A stretch of 51,448 nucleotides of DNA from assembly GCA_946615975.1 (NCBI GenBank), contig CAMOID010000003.1, forward strand, positions 1 through 51,448, in the 5' to 3' direction. The translations under genes were made by a program, and so were the position numbers. Within the stretch, counting starts at the first letter, position 1. Every line of letters begins with the position of its first letter. Shown piece by piece: positions 33,161-42,407 of this stretch. The stretch is from an uncultured Bacillales bacterium. GTDB lineage: Bacteria > Bacillota_I > Bacilli_A > RF39 > UBA660. The notes below the pieces were generated by a model. It was not told the DNA's origin and searched no databases. It saw only the letters and a list, made by a program, of their open reading frames with translations.

Positions 33161-34324
33161 ATGATAGATTATATTATAATTGGTTTATTAGTAGTAGCTA
33201 TTATTTTATTAATAATTAACTTATTTAAGAAAAATAATAATACTAAAGAATTAAATGAATTAAAACAAGATTTAATAAAAGAACAAGGTTCTATAAATGA
33301 AAGTGTTGTTAAAAACTTAGGTGAATTTTATGCCAATATCAATAAAGAATTAGGTAATAATAATACTAGTTTTAGTAAAAACTTAAGTGCATTTAAATAT
33401 GATATGGCTAAAGACTTAAAAGAAGATTTTGAAAAACTTAATAAGTTAATGGAAGATCGTATTAATATGTTAAATGATAAAGTTAATGAAAAGATTGATA
33501 AAAACTTTGAAAAAACTAATAAAACATTTAATGACGTATTAGAACGTATTACTAAGATAGATGAAGCTCAAAAGAATATAGATGAATTATCTAAAGATAT
33601 AGTTAACTTACAATCTGTATTAACTGATAAGAAGACACGTGGTACATTTGGTGAGGTTAATTTAAATTATATTTTAACTTCCGTATTTGGAGAAAAGAGA
33701 ACAGTATATGATATTCAACATAAGATGTCTAATGGTAATATAGCTGATTCAATTATATTTGCACCTGAACCTTTAGGTACTATATGTATTGATTCTAAGT
33801 TCCCATTAGAAAACTATGAAAGAATGTCAAATAAGAAATTAGAAGCATCTGTAAGAGAACAAGCATTTAAATTATTTAAAACAGATGTTAAAAAACATAT
33901 TGATGATATAGCAGATAAATATATTATTGATGGAGAAACAACTGATCAAGCAATAATGTTTATACCAGCAGAAGCTGTATTTGCTGAATTAAATGCATAT
34001 CATGAAGATTTATTAAGATATGCATATTCTAAAAAAGTATGGATATGTGGACCAACAACATTGATGTCTACATTATCAACAATCAGTATGATATTAAAGA
34101 ATATTGAAAGAGATAAATATACTAAAGTAATTCATGAAGAATTAAATAAATTAGGTGTAGAATTTAGAAGATATAAAGATAGATGGGATAAACTATCTAA
34201 GTCTATTGATTCAGTATCTACTGAAGTTAAAGATATTCATACAACAACTGATAAAATATCTAAGAAATTTGAATCAATTTCAAGTGTTGATATTAAAGAA
34301 CTTGGATATACAGAAGAAGAGTAA
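33161..34324 (+). CDS. rmuC: DNA recombination protein RmuC
   Basis: N-terminal TM helix, long coiled coil, and a C-terminal nuclease-like region with TRGTFGEVNL, FAPEPLGTICIDSKFPLENY and MFIPAEAVF. Confidence 0.85.
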   Translation: MIDYIIIGLLVVAIILLIINLFKKNNNTKELNELKQDLIKEQGSINESVVKNLGEFYANINKELGNNNTSFSKNLSAFKYDMAKDLKEDFEKLNKLMEDRINMLNDKVNEKIDKNFEKTNKTFNDVLERITKIDEAQKNIDELSKDIVNLQSVLTDKKTRGTFGEVNLNYILTSVFGEKRTVYDIQHKMSNGNIADSIIFAPEPLGTICIDSKFPLENYERMSNKKLEASVREQAFKLFKTDVKKHIDDIADKYIIDGETTDQAIMFIPAEAVFAELNAYHEDLLRYAYSKKVWICGPTTLMSTLSTISMILKNIERDKYTKVIHEELNKLGVEFRRYKDRWDKLSKSIDSVSTEVKDIHTTTDKISKKFESISSVDIKELGYTEEE

Positions 34325-34348
34325 AGGTCTAGTAAATAGACCTTTTTA
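34323..34348 (+). terminator. Rho-independent terminator
   Basis: AAAGGTCTA / TAGACCTTT, loop GTAAA, then a T-run. Confidence 0.8.
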
Positions 34349-34392
34349 TATGTAAAAATTTCCTTCTAAGTATATAATTAGACTTGATATTA

Positions 34393-34401
34393 TGTTATAA
34401 T
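34393..34401 (+). promoter_or_regulatory. Candidate extended -10 element for ftsE
   Basis: TGTTATAAT (TGnTATAAT), about 25 nt upstream of the ftsE SD. No good -35 element. Confidence 0.35.
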
Positions 34402-34426
34402 TTCATTATAAGTAGGGTGATATCTA

Positions 34427-35128
34427 ATGGCATTTATTGAATTAAATAATGTTTACAAAGTTTATAACAATGGTGTATCTGCTTTAGCTGATGTCAATTT
34501 ATCTATTGAAAAAGGAGAATTCGTCTTTTTCATTGGTGAATCTGGATCAGGTAAATCTACACTTACTAAGTTATTATATAGAGAAGAAAAACCTAATAGA
34601 GGTTCAGTTATTGTAGGAGGTATAAATGTTGCTAGATTAAGAAATAGTAATGTTTATAAACTAAGAAGAAAGATTGGAGTAGTATTCCAAGACTTTAAAT
34701 TACTTCCTAAGTTAACTGTATATGAAAATGTTGCATATCCTCTTGAATCATTTGGTTTATCTAAAAAAGAGATTCATGAGAAAGTAATAAACGCAATTGA
34801 AAGAGTTGGATTAAAAGAAAAACTTAGAAGTTTTCCAAATCAATTATCAGGTGGAGAACAACAAAGAGTTTGTATAGCTAGAGCTATAGTAAATGATCCA
34901 AAATTAATTATATGTGATGAACCTACTGGAGACTTAGATCCTAAGTTATCTAGAGAAGTTATGGACGTAATTGATAAGATTAATAAAGAATTAGGTTCAA
35001 CTATTATAATGGCAACTCATGATAAAGAAATAGTTAATAGAATGAAAAAAAGAGTTGTATGTATACATCAAGGCGTTGTAGTCTCTGATAAAGAAAAAGG
35101 AGGTTACGTAGAAAATGAAGATCTTTAG
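34427..35128 (+). CDS. ftsE: Cell division ATP-binding protein FtsE
   Basis: ABC ATPase motifs GESGSGKST, LSGGEQQR and ICDEPTGDLD. It is followed by, and overlaps, ftsX. Confidence 0.9.
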   Translation: MAFIELNNVYKVYNNGVSALADVNLSIEKGEFVFFIGESGSGKSTLTKLLYREEKPNRGSVIVGGINVARLRNSNVYKLRRKIGVVFQDFKLLPKLTVYENVAYPLESFGLSKKEIHEKVINAIERVGLKEKLRSFPNQLSGGEQQRVCIARAIVNDPKLIICDEPTGDLDPKLSREVMDVIDKINKELGSTIIMATHDKEIVNRMKKRVVCIHQGVVVSDKEKGGYVENEDL

Positions 35129-36011
35129 AATATTAGGAAAAAGTATAAGAGAAGCTTTTAAATCTATATTAAGAAATTTCTCATTATCAGTAGCATCTAT
35201 ATCATGTACTACAATTACATTAATTATTGTAGCTATAGCATTAGTTGCTACATATAATGTTAATAGTGTTACTAAGAAAATAGAAGATGTATTAACTATA
35301 GTAGTATTTGTAGATAAGAAAGCTACAGATGAAGAAATAAAAACTTTAAGTGATAAAATTTATTCAACAGATAATGTTGATAAAAATAATACAATATATA
35401 ATTCAAAAGATAAATTAAAAGAAGATTTATCACAAGATGAAAAATTAAAAGTATTATTAGATACTGTAGATGAAAATCCTTTACAAGCTACATTTGTTGT
35501 TAAAGTAAATGATGTTAAAAAGTTAACTGATACAGCAGAAAAATTTAAAGAATATGATAAAGTAGCTAATGTTAAATATGGTGAATCATTAGTTAATAAA
35601 TTATTAAGAATGTTTAGTATTGTTAGAAATGGATGTGTTATTGCAGTTATTGCATTAATACTAGTAACAGCATTCTTAATTGGTAATACAATTAAAATAA
35701 CTATTTTCTCAAGAAGAACTGAAATAGGAATTATGAGATTAGTTGGTACAAGTAATACAGTTATTAAATTACCATTCTTAATTGAAGGTTTTGTATTAGG
35801 TGTAATTGGTTCAATTATTCCTATATTACTAACTATATATGGTTATTCATTCTTATATGATTATTCAGGTGGTAACTTATTTACTGAATTAGTAGTTTTA
35901 GTTAAACCATCAGAAATTGTATATTCAGCTTCAATAGTATTATTAATAGTAGGTGGAGTTGTAGGTATGTTTGGTTCAGTAAGAGCAGTTAGAAAGTTCT
36001 TAAAGGTGTAA
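35115..36011 (+). CDS. ftsX: Cell division permease-like protein FtsX
   Basis: TM1, a large extracellular loop, three C-terminal TM helices, and the FSRRTEIGIMRLVG motif. Confidence 0.9.
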   Translation: MKIFRILGKSIREAFKSILRNFSLSVASISCTTITLIIVAIALVATYNVNSVTKKIEDVLTIVVFVDKKATDEEIKTLSDKIYSTDNVDKNNTIYNSKDKLKEDLSQDEKLKVLLDTVDENPLQATFVVKVNDVKKLTDTAEKFKEYDKVANVKYGESLVNKLLRMFSIVRNGCVIAVIALILVTAFLIGNTIKITIFSRRTEIGIMRLVGTSNTVIKLPFLIEGFVLGVIGSIIPILLTIYGYSFLYDYSGGNLFTELVVLVKPSEIVYSASIVLLIVGGVVGMFGSVRAVRKFLKV

Positions 36012-36012
36012 T

Positions 36013-37206
36013 ATGAGAAAGAAAGTATTAATAACAATTTTAATTATATGTTTATTAATTCTTCCTGTAACACCTGTAAGTGCAAGTTCTAAAGCAAGAA
36101 CTTTAAAAGAGTTAAGATCTGAATTACAACAATTAAAAAATAAAAAGTCTAGTACTCAAAATCAAAAACAACAAACTAAAAATCAAATTTCAAGTGCAAA
36201 GAATAATATAGCTAATAGTCAAAATGAAATAGTTGATAATCAACAAAAAGTTATAGATGCTACAAATGAAATTGCTGAATTAGAAGAAGAAATAAAAAAT
36301 GGTAAACAAGAATTAGCAAACTTAATAGAATCATATCAAGTTGCTAATGGAGATAATATATATTTAGAGTATATATTTGAAGCTTCTTCATATGAAGATT
36401 TAGTTTATAGATATGCGATCATGGATCAAATAATGAATGCTCAAAATGAAAAAATTGAAACATGGTCTGATAAGGTTAAAAAAGATGAAGAATTAAAAGT
36501 TGAATTAGCCAATAGAGAAGTCGAATTAAATAATCAAATTACTAGTTTAAATAAATCTATTGATAATTTAGGTGATAAATTAGCAGAGTTAGATGAATTA
36601 ACAATGGATATCAATGATGAAATTTCATCTACTCAAGATTTAATTAATTACTATGTTACTATTGGATGTTCTGAAAATGAAGATCTAGATTTATGTGTAT
36701 CAGTAAAAGGTGATACAGGATGGACTAAACCTTTAACGAAGGGTAAGATAACATCATTATTTGGTTATAGAACTGATCCTATTACAGGAAGAGCTCAAAG
36801 TTTCCACAGTGGTACAGATATCGGTGGAAATGGTGAAGGTACAAATGTTTATGCTGCTGCAAATGGAACTGTAGGTAAAATAATTTATAAAGCTTCATGT
36901 GGTGGTAACCAAGTATATGTATGGCATACAATTAATGGTAAAAGATATACAACATGTTATATGCATTTATTAACAATAAATGTTAGTTTAGGTACTAAAG
37001 TTAATGTTAATACAGTAGTAGGAACTGTTGGTGGTGGTAGAGGTACTAGAGGATGGGAAAATTGTTCTACTGGTGCACACTTACACTTAGGTTTAGGTAC
37101 TGGATGGTATGGTCAAACATATACATCATATAGTACATGGAGAAGTAATTTATTATCTGCTAAAGAAGTAATGAAATTACCTAATTCATGGTCATCTAGA
37201 TATTAG
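36013..37206 (+). CDS. Secreted coiled-coil M23 (LytM-type) peptidoglycan endopeptidase, probable FtsEX partner
   Basis: Signal peptide, ~200 aa of coiled coil, then an M23 domain with FHSGTDIGG, YMHL and GAHLHLG all intact. Confidence 0.85.
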   Translation: MRKKVLITILIICLLILPVTPVSASSKARTLKELRSELQQLKNKKSSTQNQKQQTKNQISSAKNNIANSQNEIVDNQQKVIDATNEIAELEEEIKNGKQELANLIESYQVANGDNIYLEYIFEASSYEDLVYRYAIMDQIMNAQNEKIETWSDKVKKDEELKVELANREVELNNQITSLNKSIDNLGDKLAELDELTMDINDEISSTQDLINYYVTIGCSENEDLDLCVSVKGDTGWTKPLTKGKITSLFGYRTDPITGRAQSFHSGTDIGGNGEGTNVYAAANGTVGKIIYKASCGGNQVYVWHTINGKRYTTCYMHLLTINVSLGTKVNVNTVVGTVGGGRGTRGWENCSTGAHLHLGLGTGWYGQTYTSYSTWRSNLLSAKEVMKLPNSWSSRY

Positions 37207-37217
37207 GAGGATTATTT

Positions 37218-38006
37218 ATGAAATTAAGAATTATAAGTGGTGCAGTAATGGCAGCATTACTAATAGTAATTTATTTTTGTCCACCTATAGTATTTGATAT
37301 TGCTGTAGGTATTATTGCTGCTGGAGCATATTTTGAATTAACTAAAGTTAGAAAAGATTTAACTATTCCTAATTTAATGAAATTTGTAGGATTTGTATTT
37401 GTAGTATTAATTATGTATATGAATATAGATTCTATTTCATATGTATTTGGTATAGATTATACTTCATTATCAATTGGTTTTATTATAATGTTCTTACCAA
37501 CATTATTTATGCCTAAAAAATATAATACAAAAGAAGCATTTTATTTAGCTTCTACATCATTATTCTTAGGTGTTGTATTTAACTTATTAATGCAAACATT
37601 TAATATTAATAAACTTATATTAGTATGGTTAATTGTAATTGCATGTTCAACAGATATATTTGCATTATTTGGTGGTATGTTAATTGGTAAACATAAACTT
37701 ACACCAATTAGTCCTAAGAAAACTATTGAAGGTAGTGTTACAGGTTTAATTGTTGCTGTTATAATTGGATCATTCTTCTATTTAATGTTTATTAATAAAG
37801 AAGTTAGTATTCCAGTTATTATAATAATAACAGCATTATTATCATGTGCTGGTCAAATGGGAGATTTATTCTTCTCACTTATTAAAAGAGAAAATGAAAT
37901 TAAAGATTATAGTCATTTAATTCCAGGTCATGGTGGTATATTAGATAGAATTGATAGTACAGTATTTATATTATTATTCTATATAGTATTATCAAGATTC
38001 TTATAG
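37218..38006 (+). CDS. cdsA: Phosphatidate cytidylyltransferase
   Basis: Signature SLIKRENEIKDYSHLIPGHGGILDRIDS. Polytopic membrane protein. Confidence 0.92.
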   Translation: MKLRIISGAVMAALLIVIYFCPPIVFDIAVGIIAAGAYFELTKVRKDLTIPNLMKFVGFVFVVLIMYMNIDSISYVFGIDYTSLSIGFIIMFLPTLFMPKKYNTKEAFYLASTSLFLGVVFNLLMQTFNINKLILVWLIVIACSTDIFALFGGMLIGKHKLTPISPKKTIEGSVTGLIVAVIIGSFFYLMFINKEVSIPVIIIITALLSCAGQMGDLFFSLIKRENEIKDYSHLIPGHGGILDRIDSTVFILLFYIVLSRFL

Positions 38007-38016
38007 GAGGTTTTGT

Positions 38017-39315
38017 ATGGCAACAAAGAAAAAAGAAGATGAAGTAAAAACTAAAAAAGTAAAAGAATCTAAAGAAGTAGAAGTTAAAAAAGTTGAAGAA
38101 GAAAAAACTACTCCTTTAGCAATATTAGAATTCATTGGAATAATAATTGCTGTAATTATTATTGAAGTATTTTTTCAAGGTTCAGTTATTTGTAATATTG
38201 TAACATTACTATTAATGCTAACAGTATTAATAACTGTTCATGAATGGGGACATTTTATAATGTCTAAGAAATTTGGTGTTCATGTTTATGAATTTGCTAT
38301 AGGTATGGGACCAAAGATATTAGCATTTAGAAGAAAGAATGATCCTACATTATATACTATTAGAGCTTTACCAATAGGTGGATATAATCAACTTGCTGGT
38401 GAAACTGATGTAGATGATAAAGATTTACCTAAGGATAAATTCTTATGTAATAAACCAAAACATCAAAGATTAATAATCTTATGTGCTGGTGTATTTATGA
38501 ACTTTGTTACTGCAATAGTGTTCTTATTTATTATTGCATTTGGATGGGGTTATACAGAACAAAAGAGTTATATAGGTGAAATAGAAAGTAATTCTCCTGC
38601 AGCAGAAGCTGGTATGAAAGAAGGAGACTTAATAGTTGAATATAATGGTAAGAAAGTTTCTACATGGGATGAAATTACTATTATAGGAGCTCTTAAGAAA
38701 GATACTGATTATAATACTTATAAAGTAAAACATGAAGATGGTAATTATGATGAATATAAAATTACACCAGCTGACTATGTTATATATGATAATAAGTATT
38801 ATAGATTAAGCGAAGAAAATACAAAAGATAAGATAGCGTCTGATTTAAATGTAGATAAAGATAAATTACAAGATGCTAAAATAATTGGTATTAGTCAATC
38901 AAGTAAAAGATATACAGGATTTGTTAATGCATTAAAATATGCATTTACTAAGTTCTGGTCATTAACAAAATTACTTTTATTAACTTTGGGTTATTTAATA
39001 ACTGGTAAACTTGGTTTATCAGCATTAAGTGGACCTGTAGGTATGTATAAAGTAGTTGGTGAAGTTGCTAAATTTGGTATTGCTAATATTATTTATTTAA
39101 CAGCTTATTTATCAATTAACCTAGGAGTAATTAATATATTACCATTCCCAGCATTCGATGGAGGTCATGTATTATTCTTAGCAATTGAAGCTATTACTAA
39201 AAAGAAGGTTAGTCCTAATATAGAAAATGTTTTCCATATGATAGGATTCATATTAATCTTCTTATTAATGATAATAGTAACTGGTCATGATATATGGAGT
39301 CTATTTATTAAATAG
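38017..39315 (+). CDS. rseP: RIP metalloprotease RseP (site-2 protease)
   Basis: HEWGHF (HExxH), a PDZ segment (SPAAEAGMKEGDLIV), and C-terminal NLLPFPAFDGGH. Confidence 0.9.
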   Translation: MATKKKEDEVKTKKVKESKEVEVKKVEEEKTTPLAILEFIGIIIAVIIIEVFFQGSVICNIVTLLLMLTVLITVHEWGHFIMSKKFGVHVYEFAIGMGPKILAFRRKNDPTLYTIRALPIGGYNQLAGETDVDDKDLPKDKFLCNKPKHQRLIILCAGVFMNFVTAIVFLFIIAFGWGYTEQKSYIGEIESNSPAAEAGMKEGDLIVEYNGKKVSTWDEITIIGALKKDTDYNTYKVKHEDGNYDEYKITPADYVIYDNKYYRLSEENTKDKIASDLNVDKDKLQDAKIIGISQSSKRYTGFVNALKYAFTKFWSLTKLLLLTLGYLITGKLGLSALSGPVGMYKVVGEVAKFGIANIIYLTAYLSINLGVINILPFPAFDGGHVLFLAIEAITKKKVSPNIENVFHMIGFILIFLLMIIVTGHDIWSLFIK

Positions 39316-39378
39316 GCTTCTTTTATTTTGTAAATAAATATGATAAAATTATTGTATATAGAATAAGAGGTGTTGAAC

Positions 39379-40179
39379 ATGGGTGCTTTTGAAGAATTTG
39401 TCGAAAGCGATTTATTTTTTCCAGTACTTATTGGTTTATTATTACTTCTTATTTTAGTATTTGTTGTAGTACTTATTTCTGATAGAAAAAGAGAAAAGAA
39501 ATACATTAAAGAAATGAGAGAAGAATTTAAAAATAATCCTTCTAATCAAACAATACAAATACCAGTTCAACCACAAGTGATTAAACAAGTAGTTGTAACT
39601 AAAAAAGAAGAACAATTAGATAATATTAATAATGAAATAAAAGAAGAGAAAAAAGAAGAACCTATAATTGAAAAAGTAGATGAAGATATTTCTAAAGGTT
39701 TAGATTTAACTCATACTGTTGCACCAACAGTGATAAAAGAAATGAAAATAAAACCTAAAGCAGAGGAAAGAACAGAGATTGCCGATGATGCACCTGTTAT
39801 TGATTTAAAAATTGCTGATACTTCAAGTGATGAATCATTAGAAGCTACTCAAGTTATTCAAGTACAAGAATCTGAAGTTAATGATGATGAATTGATAGTT
39901 CCTGAACAAGCTAAACAAATAGAAGAAAAGGGTGAAGAAATTATTCTTCCTGAAAAAGCTGTTCAAGTTGATGATGAAGGAACTCAAGTAATTGAATTAC
40001 CAAAAGTAGAAGATGATGAAATTAAACAAGTTGAAATCAAACAACCTAATGCATTTGAAGTTACATCAGATGGTAATACTGATATAAATGAAAATATTAA
40101 GTATGAACCACCTAAAGAATATACAGGAGTTAAAACTGAAGTATTAGATATAAGTGATATAGTAAATAAGGAGGAATAG
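39379..40179 (+). CDS. Hypothetical N-terminally anchored acidic protein
   Basis: One TM helix (FFPVLIGLLLLLILVFVVVLI), then a Glu/Lys/Val/Gln-rich low-complexity region. Start ATG 39379 lies behind AGAGGTG. Confidence 0.5.
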   Translation: MGAFEEFVESDLFFPVLIGLLLLLILVFVVVLISDRKREKKYIKEMREEFKNNPSNQTIQIPVQPQVIKQVVVTKKEEQLDNINNEIKEEKKEEPIIEKVDEDISKGLDLTHTVAPTVIKEMKIKPKAEERTEIADDAPVIDLKIADTSSDESLEATQVIQVQESEVNDDELIVPEQAKQIEEKGEEIILPEKAVQVDDEGTQVIELPKVEDDEIKQVEIKQPNAFEVTSDGNTDINENIKYEPPKEYTGVKTEVLDISDIVNKEE

Positions 40180-40182
40180 AAT

Positions 40183-40383
40183 ATGGATCAAGAAAAAGAA
40201 TTTAAAAATGTTTACTTAGAATTCCCTAATGAACCTAAGAAAGAAAAGACAGAAGAAGAAAAGAAACAAGAACTAGAAGAATTTAGAGAAGAAGAAAATC
40301 AAAGAATAATTTCTAAGACAACTAGACTAAGTAAAGAAGAGTTACAAAGACGTCTAGAAGAAACTCAATCTTTACATTTATAA
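40183..40383 (+). CDS. Hypothetical small Glu/Lys-rich protein
   Basis: 66-aa ORF behind AGGAGGA, followed by a terminator. No recognisable domain. Confidence 0.4.
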   Translation: MDQEKEFKNVYLEFPNEPKKEKTEEEKKQELEEFREEENQRIISKTTRLSKEELQRRLEETQSLHL

Positions 40384-40408
40384 GACACTTTTAGTTGTCT
40401 TTTTTTTT
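40381..40408 (+). terminator. Probable rho-independent terminator
   Basis: A short 6-bp stem (AAGACA/TGTCTT) followed by T8. Confidence 0.5.
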
Positions 40409-40441
40409 ACAATGTGATATTTTTAATTAAGGTGATACTTA

Positions 40442-42361
40442 ATGGCAACTAAAAAGTATGATGCTGATTCAATTAAGATTTTGGAAGGTCTTGAAGCTGT
40501 TAGAAAAAGACCTGGTATGTATATTGGATCCACTGATAAAAAAGGATTACATCATTTAGCATGGGAAATTATTGATAATGGTATTGATGAAATTATAAAC
40601 GGATATGGTAATCAAATTAAGATTATTTTAAATAAAGATAAATCAATTACTATAGCTGATAATGGTCGTGGTGTTCCAATTGGAAAACATTCATCAGGTA
40701 AATCAACACCTGAAGTAGTTTATACAATTCTACATGCAGGTGGTAAGTTTGAAGAAGGTAACTATAAAGTTTCAGGTGGTCTACATGGTGTAGGTGCATC
40801 AGTAGTTAATGCCTTATCTGATTGGATGGACGTAATAATATATACAGATGGTAAAATATCTGAAATTAAATTTAAAGAAGGTGGAAAGGTAGATAAACCA
40901 CTTACTCAAGTTGGTACATCTAAAAACACTGGTACAGTTGTTACTTTCATGCCTAACTATAATATATTTAAAAACTGTGAATTCTCTTATTCAACTATAT
41001 GTGAAAGAATGCAAGAAAGTGCATTCCTTCTTGATAACATCACTATTGATGTAGAAGATAGAAGAGGAGAAGAAATTAGAAAAGTAAGTTATCATTATGA
41101 CAATGGTTTAATTTCATTTGTTGAATATTTAAATGAAGATAAAACTGCTTTAAATAAAATAGTTCCAATTCATGGAGAATCAAAAGGTATAGATGTAGAT
41201 ATAGCATTACAATATACTGATTCATATAATGAAACTATTCTTTCATTTGTTAACAATGTTAAAACACCAGATGGTGGATCTCATGAAGTTGGTTTTAAAA
41301 CAGGTATTACTAAAATCTTCAATGATTATGCAAAAGAACAAGGTATCTTAAAAGCTAAGGATACAAACTTTGATGGTTCAGATGTTCGTGAAGGTTTAAC
41401 TGCAGTTATTAACTTAAAAATACCTGAAAAATTATTACAATTTGAAGGACAAACAAAAGGTAAGTTAGGAACTCCTGAAGCAAGACCTGCTACAGAACAA
41501 ATTGTATATGATACATTAAAATATTATTTAAATGAAAATAAAGCTGAAGCTACTGCTATACTTACAAAGATGGGTAATTCTAAATATGCAAGAGAAGCAG
41601 CAAGAAAAGCAAGAGAAGAAGCAAGACTTGGAAAGACAAAGAAAAAAGAACAAGCATCTTTATCTGATAAGTTAACTCCACCTCAAGGACATAATTCAAA
41701 GATTAATGAATTATTCATAGTCGAAGGTACATCTGCCGGTGGATCTGCAAAACAAGGTAGAGATAGAAAATTCCAAGGTGTACTTCCATTAAGAGGTAAA
41801 GTATTAAATACTGAAAAAGCATCTTTAGCTGATGCATATAAAAATGAAGAATTAAATACATTAATCCATTGTATAGGTGGAGGCGTAGGTGCTGACTTTG
41901 ATTGTAAAGATATCAACTATGATAAAGTAATAATCATGACCGATGCCGATGATGATGGATGTCATATTCAATGTTTATTATTAACATTCTTCTATAGATT
42001 TATGAGACCATTAATTGAAGAAGGACATTTATATATAGCAATGCCTCCTTTATATAAGGTTAATTTCCCAAATAGTAAGAAAGATAATTATTGCTATACT
42101 AATGAAGAACTAAAAGAAATTACTGCTGGTAAAACAAGTTATACAGTACAAAGATATAAAGGTCTTGGTGAAATGAATCCAGAACCTTTAAGAGTAACAA
42201 CTATGGCACCAGATACACGTAATTTAATTAAAGTTAATATAAATGATGCTGCATTAGCAGAAAGAAGAGTATCTGTTCTTATGGGTGATTCAGTTGAACC
42301 TAGAAAAGAATGGATAAATGAAAATGTAGATTTCACTTTAGAAGATGATTTTAAAAAGTAG
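40442..42361 (+). CDS. parE: Type IIA topoisomerase subunit B, ParE-like (topoisomerase IV)
   Basis: GHKL ATPase N-terminus (LEGLEAVRKRPGMYIGS) and a Toprim region. RGKVLNTEKA...NEELNTLIHCIGGGVGADF resembles ParE (NTEKA) more than GyrB (NVEKA). There is no adjacent A-subunit gene. Confidence 0.6.
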   Translation: MATKKYDADSIKILEGLEAVRKRPGMYIGSTDKKGLHHLAWEIIDNGIDEIINGYGNQIKIILNKDKSITIADNGRGVPIGKHSSGKSTPEVVYTILHAGGKFEEGNYKVSGGLHGVGASVVNALSDWMDVIIYTDGKISEIKFKEGGKVDKPLTQVGTSKNTGTVVTFMPNYNIFKNCEFSYSTICERMQESAFLLDNITIDVEDRRGEEIRKVSYHYDNGLISFVEYLNEDKTALNKIVPIHGESKGIDVDIALQYTDSYNETILSFVNNVKTPDGGSHEVGFKTGITKIFNDYAKEQGILKAKDTNFDGSDVREGLTAVINLKIPEKLLQFEGQTKGKLGTPEARPATEQIVYDTLKYYLNENKAEATAILTKMGNSKYAREAARKAREEARLGKTKKKEQASLSDKLTPPQGHNSKINELFIVEGTSAGGSAKQGRDRKFQGVLPLRGKVLNTEKASLADAYKNEELNTLIHCIGGGVGADFDCKDINYDKVIIMTDADDDGCHIQCLLLTFFYRFMRPLIEEGHLYIAMPPLYKVNFPNSKKDNYCYTNEELKEITAGKTSYTVQRYKGLGEMNPEPLRVTTMAPDTRNLIKVNINDAALAERRVSVLMGDSVEPRKEWINENVDFTLEDDFKK

Positions 42362-42407
42362 ATTTTATATCTACTTTTTATTATTATATAAATAAGAGGT
42401 GATATAT

